DNA from: Myxococcota bacterium
GTDB taxonomy: Bacteria > Myxococcota > XYA12-FULL-58-9 > JABJBS01
Reading direction: 5' to 3'
Length of the DNA stretch: 64,000 nucleotides
Assembly (NCBI GenBank): GCA_036339465.1
Contig: JAYZAY010000020.1
Location: 1 to 64,000, forward strand
Shown here: positions 1-10,036 of the stretch, in pieces
Layout: every line of letters starts with the position of its first letter
How positions within the stretch are numbered: the stretch's first letter is position 1
Translations under genes and position numbers: made by a program
The notes under the pieces: model-generated
Told to the model about the DNA's origin: nothing
The model's input: the letters and a program-made list of their open reading frames with translations, nothing else
Databases searched by the model: none

Positions 1-322
1 AGGTATGTGGCACAGCTTTGGGGGGCCAAGTGAAATATTGGAGACACTGCAAAATCTTAATATTAGGATCAGTTTCGGCGGCAGTATTACCTCGGGAAAA
101 AGCACAAAAGCGCTTAAAGCTGCAAGAGAAGCCCCCACTGAGCAACTCCTGGTTGAAAGTGATACTCCTGACCATCCGCCTAAAAACTGGCCCAATCTCC
201 TCAATGAGCCTGCATCTATATCGGAAGTAGTTGCAACTGTTTCAAAAATAAGAAACGAGAACATTCAAGAATTCTCGGAACGACTGTTTCAAAACGCTAT
301 CGACTTTTATGGGGTACGCTAG
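1..322 (+). CDS. TatD family hydrolase, C-terminal part (5' truncated by window)
   Basis: Motifs HSFGG, ISFGG, LLVESDTPD and NEPA are typical of the TatD C-terminus. Confidence 0.85.
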   Translation, partial: GMWHSFGGPSEILETLQNLNIRISFGGSITSGKSTKALKAAREAPTEQLLVESDTPDHPPKNWPNLLNEPASISEVVATVSKIRNENIQEFSERLFQNAIDFYGVR

Positions 323-331
323 AATAGGGCA

Positions 332-1219
332 TCAACCCCGTTCAAGCGTTAACACCGCTTTGCCACAGCCAGACACAAGCTCAAAAGCCTCCCCGCCCAA
401 GGCATCTTTACCAAAAACAGGGGTTCCCATCTCCAAATTGACGCCTTCGATTTCTAGGCCCGCAATGGTATGCCCCCCAACAATATCCAGGAATCCACCC
501 AGTAGGTCTTCGAAATCCCCCTTGTCTCCGCCAAAGTTAATATTCTCGTCCCCCGACATGATTCGTGTCATTCCACGAATGACCTCACTCGCAAACACCC
601 CATCCGTACTAAGACCTATCGTGACCGACTGTTCACCCTTCAAAGTAATGGCCGCACAATACTCATAAAGCTTCGTATCCCCAAACGCGCAGCCCCCTGC
701 AAGTTTCAAATGGATTCGAGTCAGGCGCATCGCCAGTCGCGCGAAAACATCGGCGACAAATAGAGCCGGTCGATGACCCTCAAAATCCGCCAAATGCGCC
801 AAATGCTCGGGGGCTATTCTCACTGGAAACTGCGCCCAAAAATCTTCCAAAGCCTGCTTGGCTTCACCATCTTTAAGATGTCCCAACGCGACAAGTTGCT
901 CCACAAGAGCCTGGTGGTCATCTTTGTGTGCCTGAAGTAGAACTTCCAATTTTTCCTCGGTAAGAAAGCCCTGCTCTATGGCCAATTGACCAAATGGCAC
1001 ATCCCTCCTCATCTGCTCCCTATTTAGCTCAGCAGCTTCGCTGGCCGTGATATATCCCGCCTCAATGGCAAGTTGGCCGAATGATTTGTGGGAAAGCCCA
1101 CCTCGTTCGAGAGCGGCATCCAGCTGCTCTCGGTCGATAAAGCCTTCCACCATCATAAACTGCGAAAAGTATTTTAAACTCACCAAACGCTCCCTGGCCG
1201 GAGATTCCACACCCAACAA
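332..1219 (-). CDS. Protein with N-terminal MshEN/GspE-N-like helical repeats and C-terminal CheX-like domain
   Basis: Repeated FGQLAIExGxIT/LT units at the N-terminus; C-terminus has AAITLKGE..IGLS, DLLGGFLDIVGG and LEMGTP, matching the CheX/CheC fold pattern. Start uncertain. Confidence 0.65.
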   Translation of the reverse strand: MLGVESPARERLVSLKYFSQFMMVEGFIDREQLDAALERGGLSHKSFGQLAIEAGYITASEAAELNREQMRRDVPFGQLAIEQGFLTEEKLEVLLQAHKDDHQALVEQLVALGHLKDGEAKQALEDFWAQFPVRIAPEHLAHLADFEGHRPALFVADVFARLAMRLTRIHLKLAGGCAFGDTKLYEYCAAITLKGEQSVTIGLSTDGVFASEVIRGMTRIMSGDENINFGGDKGDFEDLLGGFLDIVGGHTIAGLEIEGVNLEMGTPVFGKDALGGEAFELVSGCGKAVLTLERG

Positions 1220-1460
1220 TCAGCATACAATCTTTTCAGGCGAACACAAAATCTTCATAAAAATTTTCCATGGTCATCGGTTAGAACCCGTGGAAGGGTT
1301 ATACTCGTATAAATGAGGAGAAAACATATCCTGGTACATTTCCTTACATAATGGATCGAGAAAATTCATGATAATATGACGCGAAAAAGCAGTCGAACAT
1401 TCGACTCATCATACAGCGCCTACACTCCAGCCCACAATACAAAGACAAATCCACTCTTCT

Positions 1461-2048
1461 TCAATAGGTTGATAGTGCAATCAGAAATGGCCTCCATTCG
1501 GCGTGAGATACAGCAATCCCCATAATTTGCCCCCCACCCTGCCAATTAGGTTCCTTCGGTTTCCGTAACAATGGCATATTGGCCTCCTTAGGGGTTCTGC
1601 ACCCTTTCTTACTATTACATCTGATACAACTCGTAACGACATTACTCCATGAGTGAGTTCCATTTCGAGAACGGGGCATCACGTGATCGAGATTCAAGTC
1701 TGAACGCGCAAAACGTTTGTGGCAATATTGGCAGCAATAGCCATCTCGAATGAAAATATTGGTTCTCGTAAACCTGACATATCCACGTGGAACTCTATTA
1801 TACGCTTTCAATACCAGTACTCGAGGCATCCGCAATCGCCCCCGAGAAGTTCCCAGAAAATCATCACTTTCCTTAAGGAGAAGCAGGGACCAAGAACGAA
1901 AATCAAACAGATTAAACTCCTCATCCAATGCCTCTGCCACACCTAAGTAGAGCATACAAAAAGCACGGCGCGCACCGATGACGTTGACCGGATAGAATCC
2001 CCGATTCAGTACCAGCACTCGCTTATGTCTTACTGTATTTCCCCACAT
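1461..2048 (-). CDS. HNH endonuclease (McrA-like, common stand-alone type)
   Basis: VLVLN, IFIRDGYCCQYC, LNLDHVMPRSRNG, WSNVVTSCIRCNSKKG and RTPKEANM. Confidence 0.9.
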   Translation of the reverse strand: MWGNTVRHKRVLVLNRGFYPVNVIGARRAFCMLYLGVAEALDEEFNLFDFRSWSLLLLKESDDFLGTSRGRLRMPRVLVLKAYNRVPRGYVRFTRTNIFIRDGYCCQYCHKRFARSDLNLDHVMPRSRNGTHSWSNVVTSCIRCNSKKGCRTPKEANMPLLRKPKEPNWQGGGQIMGIAVSHAEWRPFLIALSTY

Positions 2049-2188
2049 GCCCTACATATAGTGTAAGGTCACCGGATTGGTTCCTCAAGGAAAAATGGAA
2101 AGGAAAATTTCTTTGACGCTCTTTTGCTTACACGCCAAAAAAATGTTTTCTCCTTTAATACACAAAATATATTGCTCTTGGAGGCACC

Positions 2189-2524
2189 ATGAACTCGACA
2201 TCCCCAACCAATGCACTGGTTGTTCTGGTAACAACTCCCAACCAGGAAACCGCGGAAACACTGGCAAAGGGTCTCGTTGAAGAAAGACTAGCGGCCTGCG
2301 TCAATGTCATCCCCAAAGCACTTAGCTTCTACCGGTGGGACAACCAAATTCAACGGGATGAAGAATGCCTACTCATTGTTAAAACCACCAAATCGAATTT
2401 CAAAGCCTTAAGTGCTTGGGTAGAGAAGAGCCACCCCTATGAGATTCCAGAAATTATCGCACTTCCCATCCATCAGAGTTCAGACAACTACCTAAAGTGG
2501 ATCTTGAATGAAGTCGGATCTTAG
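2189..2524 (+). CDS. cutA: Divalent-cation tolerance protein CutA
   Basis: LVEERLAACVN, YRWD, HPYEIPEIIALP; GGAGG RBS upstream. Confidence 0.93.
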   Translation: MNSTSPTNALVVLVTTPNQETAETLAKGLVEERLAACVNVIPKALSFYRWDNQIQRDEECLLIVKTTKSNFKALSAWVEKSHPYEIPEIIALPIHQSSDNYLKWILNEVGS

Positions 2525-2604
2525 TACATGGCGTATGACATACACAAAACACCTCAGAAAAAAACACCGAGTTAACTCCCCGAGAAAAGATTCGTTTAAG
2601 CCCA

Positions 2605-3237
2605 ATGAAAACAGCTCATACCCCACCCCTAAGACCCTTCCGAGTTTTTCGGTTTCTTGCACACACCCTAGGAGGACTGCTTTTTCTTTGGGCCGCGGAA
2701 ACAATTCTTTCCCCAAAAAGCACCTTAAATATTACCATTGGAATGGTCCTTTTCCTCTCATCGGTCGACCTCCTCAGAAAATACTGGCCCACCTTGAATC
2801 AGCTTTTCCTATTCATCGGGACTCCCCTCCTACACCAGCACGAAAAAGATTCCTTCACCTCGGCCACGTGGTTTTGGTGGTCCCTTCTGTTTTTGTATCC
2901 CCTAACTCAAGCCCACACGTTCGCAATTTGCCTCGGAATTCTCTCGGTTTCCGATCAAATGGCAGGCATCGTGGGACGAAAATACGGCAGGCACCAGCTT
3001 TCTCACCGTCGGACGGTGGAAGGCAGCCTCGCATTCCTTACCAGTGGTCTCTTGACCGCAATGCTAATCCAAAGCCTCTGGTACCCCGCAATTCCGATTC
3101 TCGATGCACTCGTATTCGCAGTTGTTGGATCGGTTTCTGGCGCCCTTGGAGAGCTCTGGAGTGGTCCTATGGACGATAATTTAACAATTGGCTTAGGATC
3201 AGGCTTGGCGCTTGAAACACTCCATTACCTCACATGA
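2605..3237 (+). CDS. SEC59/DGK1/VTE5 family CTP-dependent lipid kinase (phytol/dolichol kinase-like)
   Basis: Hydrophobic; HEKDSFTSATW, SDQMAGIVGRKYG, RTVEGSLAF, DDNLTI. Confidence 0.8.
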   Translation: MKTAHTPPLRPFRVFRFLAHTLGGLLFLWAAETILSPKSTLNITIGMVLFLSSVDLLRKYWPTLNQLFLFIGTPLLHQHEKDSFTSATWFWWSLLFLYPLTQAHTFAICLGILSVSDQMAGIVGRKYGRHQLSHRRTVEGSLAFLTSGLLTAMLIQSLWYPAIPILDALVFAVVGSVSGALGELWSGPMDDNLTIGLGSGLALETLHYLT

Positions 3238-3423
3238 GCAGCCATACTGCCATAAATCCGTCGCTCCATGGCTCAAGCTGTCGAGAGAATGGCACTTTTG
3301 GATACCGAGCGTGTGAAAATATCAACCTAAGTTCTCATAAAATCGACCACTTAGTTATCTAGCAGCCTTAAAAAAACAGACTGGTACGATACTTGCTTTA
3401 TGATAACCAGGAGGAATTCTTTG

Positions 3424-3822
3424 ATGTACCCACGACAAAAACTCGCTAACCAAGAAATCAATTTCCGAAAAGTGGCACCCATGACTCAACCGGCCTGGGT
3501 TAAACACGATGCCAAACGAATCACTTTGGAATTTTTAGCCGACGAACAAGAAAAGGTTTGGCTCCTTGAACAAGGACTCGAACATTTCAACTCGCTCTGT
3601 TTACGGATTCGTCAGCATATAATCACCTTACAAAACCCAAAAATTGATGAGCCTTCTTGGCACACCGCTCGAACAAACATTGAGGCGCTCTATTCGGAGC
3701 TCAGAAAGGTTAAAAACCACTGCAACCAACTCCATAGGGAGTTAAAACTACCCAAAAACAAGTCCAGGACCCCTATTATGCCATTGGCTGTACCCATGAA
3801 TTTCTCGGGGGCCGTTCACTAG
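3424..3822 (+). CDS. Hypothetical helical protein
   Basis: AGGAGG RBS before ATG 3424; open frame with amphipathic helices; no family recognised. Confidence 0.55.
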   Translation: MYPRQKLANQEINFRKVAPMTQPAWVKHDAKRITLEFLADEQEKVWLLEQGLEHFNSLCLRIRQHIITLQNPKIDEPSWHTARTNIEALYSELRKVKNHCNQLHRELKLPKNKSRTPIMPLAVPMNFSGAVH

Positions 3823-3864
3823 AGGTCTATTGCATAGCCAATCTCGATTGCTTATGAGCGCTGC

Positions 3865-5799
3865 GTGCGATTTATCTGGATTTCAATTGGGAAGGTCCTC
3901 AGCCTTTGCTCAGCCATAAGCCCTCTACTGGCAAAAGAGACTGAAGAAATCATCATCTTTCATACCAATGACTGGCAATCACACCTGCTTGGTTTCGGAC
4001 CCAACCAAGATTACTCCCCAGAAACAATGGACAACGATGACACCGTCGGAGGTGTCGCCCGTCTCGCTGGCCTATTGCAAAAGCGTAGAAAGTTTCACGG
4101 AAAGTCGGTTCCCTCACTCACACTGGATGGGGGAGATTTCACAATGGGTTCTCTGTTTCAAACCGTAACTCGAACCCATGCGGAAGAACTTCGTCTCTTG
4201 GCAAAACTTGGCTACGATCCAGTAGCACTCGGAAATCACGAGCTAGATTTAGGGCCCCAAGGATTGGCCTCGTCCATAAAAGTACCCCATGAAAAGGAAA
4301 ATCGAGTACCACCCATACTCTGCGGCAATATTCAATTCTCTAAACTCCCCGCAGACCATTCCCTTGAAGAGGCCATGAGGGCCGAAAACCTTCGGAGAAA
4401 GCTCGTGTTAAACCCCGATGGTTTAAAGATCGGTCTTTTCGGCATTCTCGGAAAAACCGCCATCGACGTAGCCAAAGGCGCACCTCCCTTAACCTTTGAA
4501 GACCCAATCGAATCCAGCCGTAAAATCGTGGACGAACTTCGCAATCAAGATAAAGTCGACTTAGTCATCGCACTTTCCCATTCAGGTTTTACCCCCGCGA
4601 AAGGAACCTTCGGTTATCGTCGTGACGATATTGATTTGGCCAAACAGGTTTCAGGAATTAATATCATTGTCAGTGGTCATACGCACTTCGCCGCCTCTAC
4701 CCCAGTCATGGTGGGCCAGCCCCTAATCGTACAGGCGGGCTCTGAAATACAATTTCTCGGTGAACTCAAGGTCATTCGAAGCCACCATGGACAGTGGAAG
4801 CTGGCAGACTATCAATTCCACCCCATTGATGACCGAATCCCCGGTCATTGGGAAATTCCGGATTTCGTCTCCAATATTAAGAAGCTTCTCACCCAAGAAG
4901 TCTTGGCGCCCTATGGACTTTCTTTTGATGAACGAATCACCCAAATATCTCGAAAATGGAAGCGAAAATCTTTTGACCATAATCCTGGCTGGCTTGTCTC
5001 CGCCGCCATCCGAAAGGCATCGAACGCCAATTTTGCATTTACCGTAAGCGACGTTCAGCAAGCCGATCTTCTCAAAGGGAAAAATGGTTTCCTCACAGTA
5101 TCCGATATTTTTCGTTTGAGTCCCTTGGGTTGGAACCTCACAGAAGATAAACCCGGATTTCCCATTGTGCAAATGTATTTCACGGGAGAAGAGTTGAGAA
5201 ACCAGGCAGAACTGGCCATCGAACTGCCAAACCAAACAGACAATTCCTATACGCGACAAATCTTCTTGGCCGGACTTCGCACCACCTATAATCCCAACCG
5301 TCCCAATATCGACCAAGTAACCAAACAGTGGCGTCTCCCAAAACATGGTGGATCCAAAGAACCAGTCCCCGTTCTCGATGACCAACTTTATAGCGTAGCC
5401 ACAAGCTGGTACGTGGCCAGTTTTCTCAAAAACAGCATTGAACCCGTCAAGTTCTTACTGCCACTTCAAGCGAGAAATTCCGATGAAAAGCCACTCGAGC
5501 ATGTCTCTGATTCCCATTTCGACTCATCCATCAAACCAGGAATTCAAGAAGTTGTAGTTTGGGAAGAAACTTTTGCATTTCTCAAGGGTCTGCAAGACAA
5601 TAACAGTGCTGGGATATCTGATCTCCATTGGAACTCAATTGAAGCCATCGAATCACCAGTACCCAAACCGAGCATTGCTCCCTGGGACTTATCTAGAAAC
5701 ACTCGAAAACTAACCCATGGAATCCTTTCACTCGTCATTGTCGGAGCCGTATTGTTAGGATTCGTTCTAAAAAAAACAATCCGGGCACAAACCCATTAA
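3865..5799 (+). CDS. Bifunctional metallophosphatase / 5'-nucleotidase, exported, with C-terminal membrane anchor
   Basis: Signal peptide; FHTNDWQSH, LDGGDFTMG, LGNHE, IALSHSG, SGHTH; C-terminal TM segment followed by KK. Confidence 0.85.
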   Translation: MRFIWISIGKVLSLCSAISPLLAKETEEIIIFHTNDWQSHLLGFGPNQDYSPETMDNDDTVGGVARLAGLLQKRRKFHGKSVPSLTLDGGDFTMGSLFQTVTRTHAEELRLLAKLGYDPVALGNHELDLGPQGLASSIKVPHEKENRVPPILCGNIQFSKLPADHSLEEAMRAENLRRKLVLNPDGLKIGLFGILGKTAIDVAKGAPPLTFEDPIESSRKIVDELRNQDKVDLVIALSHSGFTPAKGTFGYRRDDIDLAKQVSGINIIVSGHTHFAASTPVMVGQPLIVQAGSEIQFLGELKVIRSHHGQWKLADYQFHPIDDRIPGHWEIPDFVSNIKKLLTQEVLAPYGLSFDERITQISRKWKRKSFDHNPGWLVSAAIRKASNANFAFTVSDVQQADLLKGKNGFLTVSDIFRLSPLGWNLTEDKPGFPIVQMYFTGEELRNQAELAIELPNQTDNSYTRQIFLAGLRTTYNPNRPNIDQVTKQWRLPKHGGSKEPVPVLDDQLYSVATSWYVASFLKNSIEPVKFLLPLQARNSDEKPLEHVSDSHFDSSIKPGIQEVVVWEETFAFLKGLQDNNSAGISDLHWNSIEAIESPVPKPSIAPWDLSRNTRKLTHGILSLVIVGAVLLGFVLKKTIRAQTH

Positions 5800-5818
5800 T
5801 CCCTCAGGAGCAACCATT

Positions 5819-6811
5819 ATGCCCGACGCTTCATCCACCAATCTGGACAAATTTTTTAATCATTTAGACATTAAGCAAAACAAGGTCTTAGCGGCCACCA
5901 TCACTGATGTCATTTTGCACACCCGGTGGCTAGAACTAATAAGTCGCGATTTAGTTTCTGCCATGCTTTTTCACCCAACCATCGAAGAAACAGTACAAAA
6001 AATCTCCCTGGAAATTACCCAGGAATCTTTTGCGAAAGAACAAGCAAGAAGCGCAAACTCAACCGATGCCCTTAAGGATCTCATTCCCAAAACAGTGGCT
6101 CAGGAACTACTCGCACTTGCAGAGAATCCGCCGAAGTTACCACGAGGTTTCGGTAAGAATATCGTCGATGCATCTTTTGTCCGGGAAGTTTTGGGCGGAG
6201 CGCTGAAGGAAATCCTGGAAAACTTCGTCAGTAAAGTAAGTCAAAGCGTGACCGGTAACGAGCAGGGAACGCCCAAATCAAATGGACTCTTAGGTACAAT
6301 TGCCCGTAAAGGAGCAAGTAAACTACGAGACGCAGGCTCGGCTTTAACGGGTATCGGCACTATCATTCAACAACAGCTCACCCCCTATGTCGGTGAATTT
6401 GCGAGCCAGTCCGCCGACCGACTGAAACAGAGTATCGTGGACCATTTTCAGCGTCCAGAATATCAGGACGCCGTGGTCGCAATGCGAAAGCGAACCATTG
6501 AAGCCATTCTCTCCATGAATATTACCCAAGTCTATGAATTGGCAGAACAAATTAAAATAGAGACCATCAACAATTGGGCAGTTCAAACTATTTATCACAA
6601 TCAGAAACATGGACCATCCAAAGATTTTGTCAACGACCAACTCGGCATCATTTGGCAATATTTTGGCGCCAAAAGCCCCGGAGAGCTACTGGATGAAATC
6701 GGACTCCTCGAACCAACCACAAAGATTATTCAGGAATCCATTTCCCACTTACTCCACCAGCTAAGTCGGAGTTCCACGTTTCGAACCATCCTTAAAGGGT
6801 TCGCCGAATAG
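5819..6811 (+). CDS. Hypothetical helical protein
   Basis: 330-aa ORF with AGGAG RBS; no family recognised. Confidence 0.65.
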   Translation: MPDASSTNLDKFFNHLDIKQNKVLAATITDVILHTRWLELISRDLVSAMLFHPTIEETVQKISLEITQESFAKEQARSANSTDALKDLIPKTVAQELLALAENPPKLPRGFGKNIVDASFVREVLGGALKEILENFVSKVSQSVTGNEQGTPKSNGLLGTIARKGASKLRDAGSALTGIGTIIQQQLTPYVGEFASQSADRLKQSIVDHFQRPEYQDAVVAMRKRTIEAILSMNITQVYELAEQIKIETINNWAVQTIYHNQKHGPSKDFVNDQLGIIWQYFGAKSPGELLDEIGLLEPTTKIIQESISHLLHQLSRSSTFRTILKGFAE

Positions 6812-6882
6812 GCACGCAGTCGGTCAAAAGGCTTTGCTTCAAATACCTCCCGGGGTAAACTAACCATAGGGGGAGGGTAATC

Positions 6883-7584
6883 ATGTACCAAGTCAGAAAA
6901 AGCGAGGAGCGTGGGCGCACTTCAATTCCTCAGCTAGAAGCACTCCATTCATTTGCCTATGCCGATTACTACGATCCAAACCATGCCTCCTTCGGCACCT
7001 TACGCGTCTTAAATGAAGATTGGCTAGAACAGGGTGGAAGTCTTCAAGAGCACCAGCACATCAACATGGAAATCCTTACCTATGTCGTCGAAGGGACGCT
7101 CCTACACTTGGACTCAATGGGAAATAAGGAACTCCTCAGAGCCGGAGATTTCCAAGTCATGAGTTCAGGAAGCGGCATCGCACACAGTGAAGCCAATGCA
7201 TCCACCGAGGATTCGGTGCATTTCTTCCAAATTTGGCTAAGCCCAAAGCGCTTTGAAACCGATCCCTCCTATCAACAGTTGAATAATAAAACCTTCAAAC
7301 ACCAAGATAACTGGTCGCTATTGGCATCGGCCGACGGACACGATGACTCACTACAGCTTCATCAAGACGCATCAGTTTACGTCGCCAAAATTCCCGCGGA
7401 AGAATCACTCCCCTTCGACGGAAATGCCTCCCACCAATATTGGCTCCAGGTCGTGACGGGACAAATAACCGTAGGTAAATACAAGCTCTCAAAAGGAGAC
7501 GGGATCGCAATCAAGGAGGAAAACGGGTTCTGCATATCAGCTATCGAAAGGAGTGAAGTTCTTCTTCTAGATCTCCTGAGTTGA
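6883..7584 (+). CDS. Pirin family protein (YhhW-like)
   Basis: HSFAYADYYDP, LRVLNED, HQHINMEILTYV, HLDSMGN, QVMSSGSGIAHSE, FQIW. Confidence 0.92.
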   Translation: MYQVRKSEERGRTSIPQLEALHSFAYADYYDPNHASFGTLRVLNEDWLEQGGSLQEHQHINMEILTYVVEGTLLHLDSMGNKELLRAGDFQVMSSGSGIAHSEANASTEDSVHFFQIWLSPKRFETDPSYQQLNNKTFKHQDNWSLLASADGHDDSLQLHQDASVYVAKIPAEESLPFDGNASHQYWLQVVTGQITVGKYKLSKGDGIAIKEENGFCISAIERSEVLLLDLLS

Positions 7585-7618
7585 CATCAACAACGAAATG
7601 CGATGAACACTGGCTTCT

Positions 7619-8551
7619 ATGCATGGCGCTTCTAGATTTGCCCCTTCAACAACAGGCCGTGCTCATCCTGGCACCTGGCTGGCTGCCCTTCTCTCCTGGT
7701 TAGATGCTCGACAGCAAGATAAAAAGTGGATCTTAAGACTCGAAGACTTGGACCCAACTCGCTCAACTCCGGAAAAGTCAAAACTTTTAGAAGATGATAT
7801 TCGTTGGCTTGGCTTGGATTGGGACCTCTTTGAAAAGCAAAGTTTGAACCAAGTACGATACGAAAGCACCATGGATGAACTGCAAGCCCTCGGGCTCCTA
7901 TATCCTTGCAACCTGTCGCGTAAAGAAATTCAAGCATTTGGCAAGAAGGCCCTAAATGGTGGGTGGATTTACCCCAACATTTCGAGAAACCGCCAACTTC
8001 CTGCTGCGGGCTGGCGGACATGCACAGAGATTATCCGCCTTAAGCTGCCAGACGTCTCCATCGAATTTCATGACGATGCCAACGAAACCACAACCTATTA
8101 TCCACCAACAGACTTTGGTGACCCGGTGATCCGACGAAGAGACGGGGCATTCTCCTATCATTTCGCCTCGGTCGTAGACGACATCAGCACGAAAGTTGAC
8201 CGAATCGTGAGAGGCCGAGACCTTATGGACACGACGCCACTCCAAATAGCCCTTTTCAAAATCCTAGGTAAACCGATACCCACATATCGACACCATTTAC
8301 TCTTCTTAGAAAAGCACAAGGATAAGCTATCTAAATATCACGGTGCCACAGGCGGAACAGAAATTAGGAAAAACACCAGGCCCAATCGGTTCTGCGGTGA
8401 ATTGGCCCACATCTCCGGAATACTTCCGGAGGCGACCCCAATCACGCCGTCAGAACTTGTGGAAAAGTTCGATTGGTTAAAGGTCCTACAGAACGATATC
8501 TTGGTGGAATGGCAACCAAACCCGAAAGGAAGCCGTCTCGTGAGCAAATGA
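7619..8551 (+). CDS. gluQ: tRNA glutamyl-Q(34) synthetase-like protein
   Basis: RFAPSTTG, HPGT (HIGH-like), LRLEDLD, IVRGRDL, KLSK; about 310 aa with no anticodon-binding domain. Confidence 0.85.
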   Translation: MHGASRFAPSTTGRAHPGTWLAALLSWLDARQQDKKWILRLEDLDPTRSTPEKSKLLEDDIRWLGLDWDLFEKQSLNQVRYESTMDELQALGLLYPCNLSRKEIQAFGKKALNGGWIYPNISRNRQLPAAGWRTCTEIIRLKLPDVSIEFHDDANETTTYYPPTDFGDPVIRRRDGAFSYHFASVVDDISTKVDRIVRGRDLMDTTPLQIALFKILGKPIPTYRHHLLFLEKHKDKLSKYHGATGGTEIRKNTRPNRFCGELAHISGILPEATPITPSELVEKFDWLKVLQNDILVEWQPNPKGSRLVSK

Positions 8552-8577
8552 GAAAAAATGCCCCCTGAGTCCGCGCA

Positions 8578-8991
8578 TTAGGAAACAATCCGACCACCAC
8601 CTGAACCAGGCATACCAGGCATTCCACCACCTTGGCCACCACCACCGCCCCCTGGCACAACAATCCGAGAAGCCTCGCGCCGTTGCATCTCTCGCATCTC
8701 TTCCATCATTTTCGCTAGGGCTTCCTCCACCGCCTTTGGAAAAAGCTTTACCGCTTCTTCGACGGTTTTCGCCTCAATCGGAAAATCGATGGGTACTGGA
8801 CCTGCCTGAGTCATGACCTGGGTCTGCCCGACAATTAAAAGTTCTCTAGACGCATCTATCTCACCAGAGATCGTTACGGGCCTCATGAGCTTCAGCCCCC
8901 CTGTTTTGAGGTCTGTTAGCCTCTCTTCGCGATAGAGATTGTTTCCATCAAACTCGACCTGGTCGAGTCCTGTTTGCTGTGAGTCATCCAT
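8578..8991 (-). CDS. Conserved hypothetical cytoplasmic protein
   Basis: NLYREE..TDLK.G, GQTQVMTQAGPVPIDFPIEA and MQRREASRIVVPG match a small proteobacterial family I recognise; GAGGT RBS. Confidence 0.75.
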   Translation of the reverse strand: MDDSQQTGLDQVEFDGNNLYREERLTDLKTGGLKLMRPVTISGEIDASRELLIVGQTQVMTQAGPVPIDFPIEAKTVEEAVKLFPKAVEEALAKMMEEMREMQRREASRIVVPGGGGGGQGGGMPGMPGSGGGRIVS

Positions 8992-9121
8992 GTTTACCTC
9001 TCCTCAAGTTGGGGAAAATTACCCTATCCAGGCGCAATCTACAACCAGATTAAGCCCAATCAACGCACTTGCAACCCAATCGCCCAACATTGATGAGTCC
9101 AATCAATTGCATAAAATAAAG

Positions 9122-9968
9122 ATGCAGAAAGGAAAACAGACATCGCGACGATTGCCTCTATGGGCCAATAGCCTATCACCGATGCCATTCTCATCATCCC
9201 GGACCTTAGAATTCCCTCTCCCCTCCTCAGCAGCATCGTGGGTTACACAACCGCCACAATTATCGTCTTTATTGGCCATTTTACCAATGATAACGTGCCT
9301 GCACGACCCCTTTTGGAGCACTTTCCATCCATTACTGGGACTTTGGTGGTTTAGAGCCTCTGACATTTAATTACCTGAACTCATCGCCCAAATTTATGCA
9401 TTCTACGGGGTGTCTACCTGAGCTTAAGTTTTGTCATTGGATGTCCTGGAACCAGACCTAAAGAGTGGCGATTACTTCAAATCCAACAAAAATCCGACCG
9501 TTATTATTGGCCATCTCGCTCTTAGCTATCCATCTTCCCCCAAGCATCCAAACTTTTTCTGGTGCCATCCCCAATGTACTTCCTCACCCACCCTGCATGA
9601 AAGCGAAATATCTCCATCATAACTCATTGGCGGCATTCACAGCTTGGTGGGCCGGCCCTCTCGAAACCGCGACGGATAAACCGTTGCGTGCATCCCAGAA
9701 ATTACCTGGCAATCAGGAAGGGATTATCAATGTGGGACTCTTGTGATGGAATCGTCATCCCAATGATTTAGAAGAACTCTTTTTTGGTGAGCCTTAGCCA
9801 TCATGGCGCAGAAAAATAAACCAGCTTATGATCCGGCATGATTGGGGCACTCTCAATCACACTCAGGTCCATAATTAGGTAAGCATTCCCTAACAAGAAC
9901 GGCGAACCCGGGAACGAAGAAGTAGCGTTCTGGTCCAAATCGACACTGTATAGAGACCAATCCCTTAG
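9122..9968 (+). pseudogene. DUF1295 (steroid 5-alpha-reductase-like) membrane protein pseudogene
   Basis: Fragments in shifting frames, in the family's order: ATIIVFIG, CLHDPFWSTFHPLLGLWW, GCPG..KEWR..YYW, ISLLAIHLPPSIQTF, LETATDKPLRA..PGNQEGIINVGLL*WNRHPN.LEE (9744-9764), GALSIT, VSIP*QERR. Ends approximate. Confidence 0.7.
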
Positions 9969-10036
9969 TCAGCCCAAGCGGGATAAAACACATAAAACGT
10001 CGTTATTTTCAGGCATCACGAGTAGTATTTTCCTAT

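Noticed and set aside
1461..2048. HNH gene as restriction, defence or mobile element
   Set aside because: It matches a common stand-alone HNH type, with no adjacent DNA methylase, repeats or intron context.
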